Positions 13,522-25,014 of a stretch of 64,000 nucleotides of DNA are shown in pieces (positions within the stretch are counted from its first letter, which is position 1; the number at the start of each line of letters is the position of its first letter). The notes below the pieces were generated by a model, which did not search any database, had not been told where the DNA came from, and saw nothing but the letters and a program-made list of their open reading frames with translations. The translations under genes and the position numbers were made by a program. Location of the stretch: positions 171,864,001 through 171,928,000 of the forward strand of contig JANJGN010000004.1 in NCBI GenBank assembly GCA_026770705.1. The letters run 5' to 3'. Source of the stretch: Isurus oxyrinchus (taxonomy: Eukaryota).

Positions 13522-13898
13522 TAAGGTTAACGACCATTCAGGGTTGCCCTGGAATCTCCAAAAATTAACAACTAATCTTCAGGACATCACATGCAAGCAA
13601 CTAGAGAATTTATAGTAGCAAGAAAAATGTGTTTTTTTTTTAATTATAAAATTTTGAACACTTATTTATTTGTTGTAAAAATATCGGACGTGGGGAAAAA
13701 GGCTGCTGACTGATTGGAAAGAAGCATCATATGGGGTAATAAAGAGTCTATTTATTTTCCAATTGGTGCAGAAAGGTGGTGTGTATATATATGAGGATGG
13801 ACAAGTCATGTGACCAATGGCTGGAGTGTGGGTATAGAGTGGAGCAGGTCATGTGATGAAACCTCCAGGAATATGTCCACCCAGAGTTTGCGACCCTA
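13522..13898. mobile_element. hAT-type MITE
   Basis: Degenerate TAGGGTTGCC-like TIRs (TAAGGTTAAC / TGCGACCCTA) and 8 bp TSD ATGGGATT / ATGGGAGT. Confidence 0.7.
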
Positions 13899-13923
13899 AT
13901 GGGAGTTTCTCTCACATTCATAA

Positions 13924-14115
13924 AAACATGGGACACAGGACTTAGGAGCACGAGTAGGCCATTCAGCCCTTCGATTCTGCTCTACCATTCAATAAGATCA
14001 TGGCTGATTGAGTTACGTCTCAACTTCATTTTTGTGTCTGCCTCCACCCCAATAACCTTTGACTCCCTTGTCTATCAAAAAACTCTGTCTAACACTGTCT
14101 TGAATAAATTTAATA
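13924..14115 (-). mobile_element. CR1 3' UTR fragment
   Basis: TTAGGAGCACGAGTAGGCCATTCAGCCC...AAGATCATGGCTGAT. Confidence 0.7.
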
Positions 14116-15651
14116 CCCTCCTGCAAAAGCCATGTAAACAAATAGCTTCCAGACATTTAAAACCAGTTGGATGCTTGTGGAATTTCAGGGCTACACAGAC
14201 CAGAAGATCATTGGTTTCTACTCAGTTCATTGATCGTATGTGATGCAGGAAGCTGCAACGCTACAATTTGCCTTAGTGCCTGTAGGCTATGGAGAGAAAA
14301 AAAAGCCAATCTTCCCTCTCCAGATCTAGTAATCAACCCCTCCCCACTGCACCCCACCCCCACCAAACCCCCATCACCTACTTGAATCAGACTTGCTTGC
14401 AATAGCCTCCATGTGGAATAACTTATCTACACTCACTGTGGAGATTCACATGTGAACAATAGTCACTGCTACAGGTGACATACTAGGGCCTCAGACAGGT
14501 AGATCTGGGCTGCCATGGAAGGAGAAAAGAAATGGAGAAATTTGGAAGGGGAATTTAAAAGAGAAAGTGCAGCTGTGGATAGATAAAAATGAACAACAAT
14601 AACATCCCTTAAGGCACAGAATAGCACAGGAACACGGGCTCAAATAAATGTAAAGCATAAATGTGAACAAAAACTTAAGAAAGGGTGGGTCATACCCAAG
14701 CAGTCTGCTCACTCTTACTTTATTACAGCTGACTCCAGATAAATGCCTAACTAATCCAGATATAAAATTCTGATGGGCCAGACAAGTTCCCATTCACTCA
14801 ACTAAATATAGAGTTCCTGGTTCAATGCTGTGCTTATAATTAAATATTCTCCAATTATCTCAATATTCAGTTAATTCAATATAGTTAATTTATTGCTTAA
14901 TTTTATGAGAAAACAGGAGCACGCTGTCAAATTCTTTCCCTCTACAAAATATATATATGGTCTAAGTTGAATGAATGATTAAACGGGATTGACGAGGCAC
15001 AAAGTTTTCCAGTGAGGAAAACAATGGTGTAATCTAAATTATAAGCACAAAACTTGAGAACTATACAGCAAAGCAAACAACATCTGAAGGAAAAAAGGAT
15101 GTTTCATCAGTGCTTTGTCTATATTTGAATAATCAACCTGTCTTTTTGCTTGCTTGTAATTCCAGTAGTGATTTACAAATTAATTAGAAATATTTGTCCC
15201 TGCACTGTCTGAAATACAGGATAATCTTTGGTCATGCAGCCTGACTTTGAGCTGGCCCTATCTCTTTCCTCTTCACAAGCCAATTTAGTTGGACACGGTC
15301 ACAGGCGCAAACAAGATGTAACATGAACAAAAGTTGCAGCAGATATTTCACACAGTGCGCAGCGCTTGTCAGAAATATGTTGCTGACAATTCAGCTGCAG
15401 CATTTTGGATACATCATTATAATAAGACAGGCTTCAATTTCCTAACCAGGGTTTAAAGTATTTTTATGCAGCTACATCCTTCACCAATATGCTGATCTTC
15501 GATACAGCCCACAAGGCAACATCTTATTCTCCATTTATATCGAGAAATTACTTCCACTGGGAACAGTTCCTAACAGTCCCACAGTGCTGGAGTTTCTCCA
15601 TTTATGCTGTGAGGTACAGGACAGCAGAACCTGAAAAACTGCATGTGCAAG

Positions 15652-18600
15652 ATATATGGTGGATTAGTGGTATTGTCACTTGACTAGTAATCCAGAGACC
15701 CAGGGCAATGAAGTGGGGTACCTGGGTTTAATCCCGCCACGCAAGATGGTGGAATTAAAAGTCTAATAATAACTGTGAAATGATTGTCGTAAAAACCCAC
15801 ATGGGTTCACTAATGCCTCTTCAGGGAACAAAAACTGCTGTCCTTACCTGGTCTGGTCTACATGTGACTCCAGACCCACAGCAATGTGATTAATTCTGAA
15901 ATGGAAGCCATTCAGTTGCATCAAATTGCAACAAAAAATTGGATGAGGAATGAAACTGGATGGACCACCCAGCATTGACCTCGGCACTGGAAACGACAGT
16001 GGCAACGACAATGGCAACCTCAGCTCTGAAGACCCTGCTAAGTCCGCCTTACTAACATCTGGGGGCTTGTCTCAAAATTGGGAGAGCTGTCTCACAGACT
16101 ACTCAAGCAACAGCCTGACATAGTCTTACTCACAGAATCTTGCCTTACAGATAATGTCCCCGACTCCACCATCACCATCCCTGGGTATGTCCTGTCCCAC
16201 TGGCATGACAGATCCAGCAGAGGTGGCAACACAGTGGTATACATTCAGGAGGGAGTTGCCCTGGGAGTCTCCTGCTGATTACCACATACCACCCACCCAC
16301 AACCACCAGCCCCCCACCGCCGCCAACCCCAAAGCCAATGAATCAGTAATCCTCGATGTTTAACAGCATTTGGAAGAAGCACTGGTGCAGAATGTACTCT
16401 GGGTGGGGACTTCAATGTCCATCACAAAGAGTGGCTCAGTAGCACTGCTACAAACTGAGCTGGCCAAGTCCTAAAGGACATAGCTGCTAGACTGAGTCTA
16501 CAGCAGGTGGTGAGGGAACCAACAAGAGGGAAACACACACTTGACCTCATCCTCACTAACCTGCCTGCCCCAGATGCATCTGTCCATGATAGTATTGGTA
16601 GGAGTGACCAGCACACAGTCATTGTGGAGACAAAGTCTCAGCTTCACATTGAGAATACCCTCCACTATGTTTTGTTACACTACCATTGTGCTAAATTTGA
16701 TAGATTTTGAACAGATTCAGCACCTCAAGACTGGGAAACCATGAAGTGCTGCAGCAGAATTGTACTCAACTGCAAACTGTAAACCTCATGGCCCAGCATA
16801 TCCCCCACTCTACCATTACCATCAAGCCAGGGGATCAACCCTGGTTCAATGAAGAGTGCAGGAGGGTTTGCCATGAGCAGCACCAGGCATATCTAAAAGT
16901 GAGGTCTTAACCTGGTGAAGCTACAACACAGGACTACCTGCGTGCCAAACAGCACAAGCAACAAGTGATAGACAGACCTAAGTGATCCCAGAACCAACGG
17001 ATCAGATCTAAGCTTTGCAGTCCTGCCATATCCAGTCGTGAATGGTGGTGGACAATTAAACAACTCACTCGAGGAGGAGGCTCGACAACTATCCCCATCC
17101 TCAATGATGGAGGAGTCCAGTATATCAGTGCAAAAGATAAACCTGAAGCATTTGCTGTAATCTTCAGCCAGAAGTGTCGAGTGGATGATCTTGGCCTTCT
17201 TCGGTGGTCTCCAGCTTCACAGCCAGTCTTCAGCCAATTCGATTCACTCCATGTGATACCAAGAAACAGTTGAAGGCGCTGGATACTGCGAAGGCTATGG
17301 GACCTGACAATATTCCAGAAGACTTGTGCTCCAGAACTTGCCGTGCCTCTAGCCAAGCTACAACACTGGTATTTACCCAGCAATGTGAAAATTTGCCCAG
17401 GTATGTCCTATACACAAAAAGCAGGGCAAATCCAACACAGCAAATTACCACCCCAACAGTCTAATCTCGAACATTAGTAAAATAATGGAAGGGGTCATCA
17501 ACAGTGCTATCAAGCGACACTCACAATGGCTAATTAATACATTTTAAAACAAGCTTACATAATTTTGAATATAACTCAGCCTTAACAATAACTACTTGAT
17601 TAATTACTAATTCTTCAATTATAACTTAACTGAGGTATACTACTTAGTCAATCAACTTTCTGGCTGCTTATAATTACACAGTTATTGATTAATTCATGTG
17701 AATAATTATAAATACAGAACACAAAAAGCAGGAAAAATTCAACCCGGCCAATTACTGCCCCATCATTGCATTCTCGGTCATCAGCAAAGTAATGGAAATG
17801 TCAGCAACAGTGCTATCAAGTGGCACTTACTCAACAATGACCTGCTCACTGATGCTCAGCTTGGGTTTCAACAGGATCACTCAGCTCCTGACCTCATTAC
17901 AGCCTTGGTTCAAATATGGACAGAGGAGCTGAACTCCAGAGGTGAGGTGAGATTGCTTACCCTTGACATCAAGGCAGAATTCGACCGAGTGTGGCATCAA
18001 AGAGCCCTAGCAAAACAGGAGTCAATGCGAATCAGAGGGAAAATTTTCCGCTGGTTGGAGTCATACCTAACAAAAAGGAAGGTGGTTATGGTTGTTGGAG
18101 ATCAATCATCTCAGTTCCAGGACATAATTGCAGGAGTTCCTCAGGGTAGTGTCCTAGGCTCAACCATCTTCAGCTTTCATCAATGACCTTCCTTCCATCA
18201 TAAGGGGATGTTTGCTGATGACTGCACAATGTTCAGCACCATTCACGACTCCTCAGATAATTGAAGCAGACCATGTCTAAGTGCAGCAAGACCTAGACAA
18301 TATCCAGGCTTGGGCTGACAAGTGGCAAGTAACAATTGTGCCACACAAGTGCCAGGCAATGACCATCTCCAACAAGAGAGAATCTAACCATCGCTCCTTG
18401 AAGTTCAATGGCTTTACCATCACTGAATTCCCTACTATCAACATCCTGGAGGTTACCACTGACCACAAACTGAACTGGACTAGCCACATAAATACTGTGG
18501 CTACAAGAGCAGGTCAGAGACTAGGATTTCTGTGGTGAGTAACTCACCTCCTGACTCCCCAAATCCTGTCCACCATCTACAAGGCACAAGTCAGGAGTGT

Positions 18601-18980
18601 GATGGAATACTCTCCACTTGCCTGCATGCATGCAGCTCCAACAACACTCAAGAAGCTTGACACCATCCAGGACAAATCAGCCTGATTGATTGGCACCCCA
18701 TCCACAAACATTCACTCACTCCACCACCAATGCACAGTGGCAGTAGTGTGCACCATCTACAAGATACATTGCAGGAACTCACCGAAGCTCCTTAGACAGA
18801 GCCTTCCAAACCCATGACCACTACCATGTAGAAGGACAAGGGCAGCAGATACATGGGAACACTACCATCTGGAAGTTCTGTCCTCAGTATCTCACCATCC
18901 TGACATGGAAATGTATCATTGTTCCTTCAATGTTGCTGGGTCAAAACCTGAAACTCCCTCCCTAATAGTGCAGTGGGTGT
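15652..18980 (+). mobile_element. Near full-length family B LINE with tRNA-derived 5' head and decayed APE-RT ORF
   Basis: A box at about 15660, degenerate B box at about 15725 and SINE body, then APE motifs (NIWGL..KLGEL, PDIVLLTES, RGG..VYI, PTRGKHTLDLILTN, SDQ) and RT motifs (LDIKAEFDRVWH, GVPQGSVLG, FADD at about 18211). Many stops and frameshifts; the terminal tail is missing. Confidence 0.85.
17519..17826 (+). repeat. Inverted copy of 30254-30562 (templated insertion)
   Basis: About 200 bp AT-rich unique DNA plus about 108 bp LINE, near-identical to the reverse complement of 30254-30562. Confidence 0.92.
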
Positions 18981-18982
18981 AG

Positions 18983-19103
18983 CCGTTCTTGTAGCCACAG
19001 TATCAATATGGCTGGTCCAGTTCAGTTTCTGATCAATGGTAACCCCCAGGTTGTTGATAGTGGGGATTCAGTGATGGTAATGCCATTGAACGTCAAGGGG
19101 CGA
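18983..19103 (-). mobile_element. Inverted family B LINE fragment
   Basis: Reverse-complement similarity to about 18390-18510. Confidence 0.8.
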
Positions 19104-19124
19104 TATTTTGATCAGATATTATAC

Positions 19125-19415
19125 CAGGGCCTGTCTGCTTTTCAGGTGGCTGTAAAAGACCCTATGGTGCTAGTTTGAAGAAGAGGAGGGCAGTTATTGC
19201 CTGTGTCCTGGCCAATATTTACCCCTCCAAGAATATCACAAAAACAGATGAACTGGTCATTGTCACAGTGCTGCATGTAGGACCTTGCTGTATGAAAATT
19301 GGCCATGTTTCCTACAGTACAAAAGTAGCTACATTTCAAAAGTTCTTTATTGACTGTAAAGAGCTTTGGGACACCTAATGTTGTGAAATGTACTATATCA
19401 ATGCAACTGTTTTTT
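19125..19415 (+). mobile_element. DeuSINE (SacSINE1/AmnSINE1-like) Deu domain and tail
   Basis: CAGGTGG.TGTAAAAGA.CC.ATGG...GAAGAAGAG...TGTCCTGGCCAATATTTA.CCCTC is the Deu-domain motif, recognised from memory. Confidence 0.75.
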
Positions 19416-19647
19416 TCCTTTCAATATAATTCAATGGCCTCAGAAAGTTACATTCAGCACTATGATATTCCACCCCATAAAAAGACATTCCAACTCAGTT
19501 GTATTGAGTCTGTTGTGCTGACGCTGTACGGTTTCTGACTTTAATACAGCATTTAGTTCTGGTTGCTAAGGCACAAGAAAAATATCCATGCCCGAAGACA
19601 GTGTAGGGAAAGGCCCTATGCTGAGCCAGAGTCAGAGGAATAAGTTA

Positions 19648-20005
19648 AAGAAAGAACTTGCAATCAGGCCTCCCATGATCTCTTGACCTTCCAAATCCCT
19701 TCATAGTCAAGAAAATATTTTTCAAGTGCCATCACTATTGTAATGTATGAAAAAGTAGCAGCCAAGGTCCAACCAATAGCAATGAGATAATCTGTTTTAG
19801 GGGGTTTATATTAAAGAATAAATGTCAGTCATGACACTGAGAGACCTCTCTGAATCTTCTTTAGACATTACCATGGGATCTTTTACATTCACCACAGAGG
19901 GCAGACATGGCAGCACTTCCTCAGTACCGCATTGCAGTGTCAGTCTGGGTTATGTGCTCAAGTCTATTTTGAATAAAAGGTAAGAATACCACCATTGAGC
20001 GAAGG
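19648..20005 (-). mobile_element. DeuSINE-like SINE
   Basis: CCATGGGATCTTTTACAT.CAC and GCAGCACT.CCTCAGTAC.GCA.TG on the reverse strand. Confidence 0.7.
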
Positions 20006-20344
20006 CTGGTATAACAATACTGATTTTAACTTAAATTAGGCCAGGGTAGGGGTGGGGGAGTGTGGTCAATGGAAGTACAGTGGAGCCATATCTTATTAAT
20101 GCAAGATGAAATTTAGTCCATGTCAATGCCTCAGCAGCAGAGGGCAATTGATTATGAAGCAGCAAGGACTGGAGTTTGATGGAAACAGTGTAAAGAAAGT
20201 ATAACTTTAAAGAAGGCAAAGGTGCATCAAAAGCAGTAGGACAAATACTGGGGTGAGTGGCATGGGGGAGAAGACAAAGAATTCGCTATGCAGGGAGCAC
20301 AAATAGAAAGCAAGGAAACAGTAATTAGATGAATGCTCAGCTAA

Positions 20345-20600
20345 CCAGTTTCACTGATGTTTATTGAGGGATAAATATTGCTCAGGAGACAATGAAAAGT
20401 AGCAGAGATTTTTTAATACCTAAGAGAGCAGACGTAACTTTGGTTTATCTATTAACATCTTATCTGAGAGACAGGATCTCTGACAATGCAGCACAGTTAG
20501 CACACATTACAGTGACAGTCATCTTTCACACTCAAACCTTAGTGTAAGACTTGTACCCAGGGGCCTACTAACTCAAAGGTAAGAGTGCTATCATTTTACT
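20345..20600 (-). mobile_element. Degenerate DeuSINE-like SINE
   Basis: TTGAGGGATAAATATTG and TCTGACAATGCAGCAC. Confidence 0.6.
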
Positions 20601-21712
20601 CCAGCTGCTTTCACTCTGTATCTTGGAAAGTTAATTTTGGATGCCACAAATGTGTATTTGTCCTTGCTAAGTGGTGTTTTGCAAGTCAAGTGAGGGCAAT
20701 CGTTGATCGTGGAAATCAAAACACAAGAAGATCAGCCATGATCTTATTGAATCGTGGAGCAGGCTCGAGGGGCTAAATATGACAGCTTGGCGGGCAGTAA
20801 TTTATCAGGAAATCAGTGGATTTAGCTTAATTTTCTCAGTAAGCATGAGCTTTAATTTACAACTAGGTTACATCATCTTCAATCAAGCTACCTCAATGTA
20901 TGAACATGTCACTGTTTATATCAAATAGATACTTTTTTTTAAAAGCTCAAATATTTCAATCAGAATCAAAATTCAGGTCACTGCAAATTAAAACTCAAAA
21001 AGGGGGAGTTTTCAGTTGATTGAAATGTCTTTTGGTTTTGCTTCCCTCTCATAATCAGGATCAGAACCAAGCTTATCACCCTGAGAGACTAGGTAACCCA
21101 ACCTGAACCTGGCAGGTTTGCAGCTCTCCACAGTACTGGCTCGCTGGCCAGCTTTTCTCATTGATCAGACTTGAATTGGTAGTGCTGCCACTGGGGATTA
21201 AGGGTTCTTCCCACCTGCAGACAATTGTGCAAGTCAATGTCTTAATAGGTAGGATGACCTTAGATTAACAAATTTGTCACTGCTCTGTGCTGGTAAACAA
21301 CTCAAGTTTCACCAAGAGAGCACCAACAGTGGGATCCCCCAAGGTGCTTAAACTCTCCACGAGGAGCATTCAACCACACAAAGAGCCACACAAACCTTCG
21401 GAAAATTCTGTACACATTGATTCTGTCATTTTCCCAGGCCTTCTGAGACTATTTTTGTAAAGTGATGGTGGATGAGCTGGAGAAACCTCTCAGAAATTTG
21501 TTGGTTAAATGGAACTTAAGTGAGAAAGTGTATTCTCTGCCTCAGGAAATTAGACTTCTCAGAAGTATGGATGGGTGTGCTTAAAATATGGGAGCAGAGG
21601 TTTTGCATTTTTCGGACAGTTGACTGACCAGAACAAAAATGAGTGAAGCCATTTGATTAAACTTGGTATGCATGGATATGATACAAACAATTTTTAAAAA
21701 TTCACCAAATAG

Positions 21713-22380
21713 TAATATTGCTGAAAAGAAAGACATGTTGCTGAAGCTTTCTGTCTTGCACTCATCAGAACAATTGCGAAAATGTCAAATTTCAACTATC
21801 ACAACTTATACTATAGGATAAAAAGGTGCTGATTGGATGGCAAGTTTAATCTGATTATCCGAGGCATTGTCATGGAGAAAGCAACAGGGAACTGTAGGCT
21901 CGCCAAGCTCCTGGGTAATTCAAAAAAAGCATAAGGCTTGCATGTATTCCTTTTGTTTTCAGAGAATGGGTCCCTGTGTATAAATGTATGTGTAATAATG
22001 TATGTCACATGAACAATCCTGACTGTGCTAGACTAAAAAGCAATTTAAGATATTCAGCTGAGCTCGTAACATGGTTCAACTATGCTTGCTAGAAGCAACA
22101 TATATTCATACACAGGGAGGCATTTTCTGCAAATAAAAGGAACGCTTGCAAGTTTTGTGACTTTTTTTGAATTACCTGGGAGCTTGAGAAACCTATAACT
22201 CCTTGTTGCTTTCTCCATGGCAATGCCTCAGTCAATCAGAGTCAGCTTGCCAACCAATCAGCACTCTTTTCTCCTGTAGGATAAATTGCTGTGATCGTTT
22301 GAAATGTGGCATTCTGACATTTGTCCTGGTGAGTGCAAGATGAAAATCTGTGGCAGCATGTCTCTTTTTTTCAGCAATAT
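21713..22380. mobile_element. Penelope-like family 2 inverted terminal-repeat pair
   Basis: Arms at about 21713-21990 and 22100-22380 are inverted (AATATTGCTGAAAA ... TTTTCAGCAATATT). They match the sequence downstream of the GIY-YIG remnant at 41950-42675. Confidence 0.8.
21738..21775 (-). ncRNA. Minimal type I hammerhead ribozyme-like motif
   Basis: Minus strand reads TTGTT-CTGATGA-GTGCAAGAC-A-GAAA-GCTTC-AGCAA, with a canonical CUGANGA/GAAA/UH core. Confidence 0.55.
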
Positions 22381-22619
22381 TCAAATGGTAAAACATTACA
22401 ATCGTAAGGACACTGCGTTTCAAAAATACCTAATTGACTATGAAATGTGTTGGGACATCCTGATGCCATGAAAGATGCTCTGTAAACTTAAGTTTTTATT
22501 TCTTCTTTTTAGTAAAAATTAAGCAGTGTTGTGTATTTTACTGGCTTCATGCATGTTTCTAAAAGTAACACTCTGAGGAATGGAGGAACCACTCAGAGTT
22601 GTTTATAATAGCTTTGTCA

Positions 22620-23050
22620 AAGGGACTCAGCATTACCAGTCTTATATCGGATTGTGAAAGGTATGCAGTTGAGATACCCTTCCTCTAGGACATGAGTGTA
22701 TAATCTAGTGAACGCATTCATGCCGTGCTGAGAGAGTACTGTATTGTCTGAAGTGTCATAGTTCAGATAAGACATCAAATTAACGCTCTGCCTGGGTCAG
22801 GTCAATATAAATTACTCTGTTGAAGAAGGCTGCCCAGGGTCCCGGCCAACATTTATCCCTTTACCAATTTCGCCAAAAACTGATTAACATGCCATTTGTC
22901 ACACTGCTGTTCATGGGACCTTGATGAGGACAGATTGGCTGATAGGCTTGACTACATATTAATAGTGACTGCATTTCAAAGTAATTCATTATCTAATGAT
23001 GTGTTATGAGACATCCTGAGGGGATGGAAGATGCCACACAAATACAAATT
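22620..23050 (+). mobile_element. DeuSINE-like SINE
   Basis: GTGCTGAGAGAGTACTGTATTGTC and GTCCCGGCCAACATTTATCCCT, followed by the tail. Confidence 0.7.
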
Positions 23051-23865
23051 ATTCGTATTAATAATACCGTCGTTGATGTTACTTTATTAAGTCTATGAGT
23101 GCACTGAGGTCAAGAATGACTGATGAAGTGGTTGATGTGCTGAGATTAAACCCTAGAGTTTGCCTTGCTGTTTGTGTACAGCTCACGTAATCTTTCTGTA
23201 ATATCTACAAGTGACAGTTGCCTTGAATGACTTGTACACAAGGATCCACGCAGGAACAAGAAAGTACTTGCTGAAACTACAGTTTATCAACAACGAATGC
23301 CACAGATAAGAAGAAACAGCAACTGGTCTTCAGAATGGAATAAATCACAAAGCTATGTTCAGGTTATGAAATGTTTGCAGCATGTGTTTAACTGCCACTG
23401 AATCTCATCATTTGCAAGCAGCTGGATGTCATTTACTACGTTTACATTATAAAAATGTTGTGTCTTTTTATTTTTTCCAGTTTTATGCTCTGGTATTTAT
23501 TAATTTTTCCACTGAAACCAATTGTTCTTTTTTAAATACATAGTTCAGTGTGGGGATGACTGAATAGAGTGGTGAGTTAGTACATAAGGGCTCATCTTGT
23601 GAGCATGAGGTATCCTCAAGCTAGGCATCCTCCACAGCATGGATCCAGAAAATAACTGTTATCATTGCTTCAACCCTGGATATAAATTTAAAATCAGCCC
23701 AAAGTTATGTGATTGACATGCGATTTATATCAGAAGTAGGAATCTCAAGTAAAAGGATCTTGAGCTGTTTCAACCCACGTGATACTGGGGATTGGGCCCA
23801 CAGTGCAAAACTCTCCATTATTTGGTATCATTCATTCAGGACATCTGAGTAGGCAGGATGGAATG

Positions 23866-24250
23866 GGAGAGATGCCGGATTGTGATAATGTCACTGGATT
23901 AATAATCCAGAGGCACAGGTGAATACTCTGGGGACAGGGGTTCAAATCCCACCATGGCAGCTTGTGGATCGAATTTAAATTAATATAGAAAGCTAGTATT
24001 TGTAATGGTGAATATGACAACTATCATTGATTGTTGTAAAGACCCAATTGGTTTACTAAGGCCCTTTAGGGAAGGAAATCTTCCATCCTTCTCTGGTCTG
24101 GCCTACATGTGACTCCAAACCCACGGAAATGTGGTTGACTCTTAACTGCCCTCTGAAATGGCCTAACAAGACACTCAGTTCAAGGGCAATTAGGGATGGG
24201 CAACAAATGCTGGCCTTGCCAGTGACTCCCATAAGCCATGATAAACAAAA
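23866..24250 (+). mobile_element. tRNA-derived SINE with family B tail
   Basis: B box GGTTCAAATCC; body; junction CACTCAGTT|CAAGGGCAATTAGGG at 24180/24181. Confidence 0.85.
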
Positions 24251-24430
24251 TCTAAGGAAATAAAAATGCACATACACACACATTGGTAGAGTTATGGCAA
24301 CATTGTGAGGTTGACACGAAGGCACATTGTTCAGGTAGAGTAGCGAAAACTGTCTTCTGTATGTAAGCCAGATTCTCCACAATTAAAAGCCATCACCTGC
24401 AGATTAATATGAAAATTTAAAGAACACATT

Positions 24431-24958
24431 GGACTGCAACTTCCGGTCGGGGAATGGGGGGTGGGGCTCACTCACTGAATCATAAAATGATGCAGGGTGA
24501 CATCGGGCAGGCGTCCCAACCTCATCCCGCATCATTTGCATTTTTGGGTCAGTGGCCTATTAAGGCCATTAAAAAGTAATTGAAATCATTAATGGACCAG
24601 TCCGTCCAACCTTAAGGTTGGCGGGCAGGCAGGGAGCCCTAGCGGGCTTCAGAAAATACATGAAACCTCATTCAGAACGTTTTAAAATAAAAGTTACGGA
24701 CATGTCCCAACTCATGTGACAGAGTCACATGAGGAGACACGGCAGCAAAATTTTTTTCTTACCTTTATTTAATGTTTCAAACCTTGCCTCAGGGAGATCT
24801 CACTCCCGGCTCAGGGAAACCCTCCCTGCCCGCACAGGGAGCACTTTGCGCTTCCTGGCGGATGTCACGCCTTAATTGGTCCGCCCACGTAAAAATGGCG
24901 GTGCGTTCCCGATCAGAGCGCCGAATGGGAACCTGCCTACCCGCGCCCGCTCCCGCAC

Positions 24959-24989
<31 letters not shown>

Positions 24990-25014
24990 ACCCGATGGGG
25001 GGAAAATGTTGCCC
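24431..25014. mobile_element. Harbinger-like MITE
   Basis: ATT on both flanks; family body; poly-C run at 24961-24989. Confidence 0.7.

Noticed and set aside
18983-19103. Fold-back copy of the adjacent LINE
   Set aside because: It differs from 18390-18510 at roughly family-level divergence, so the adjacent copy cannot be shown to be its template.
23187-23270. 84 bp minus-strand exon (TTTCAG...GTGAGC)
   Set aside because: The pyrimidine tract is poor, two frames are open and neither peptide is recognisable; compatible with chance.
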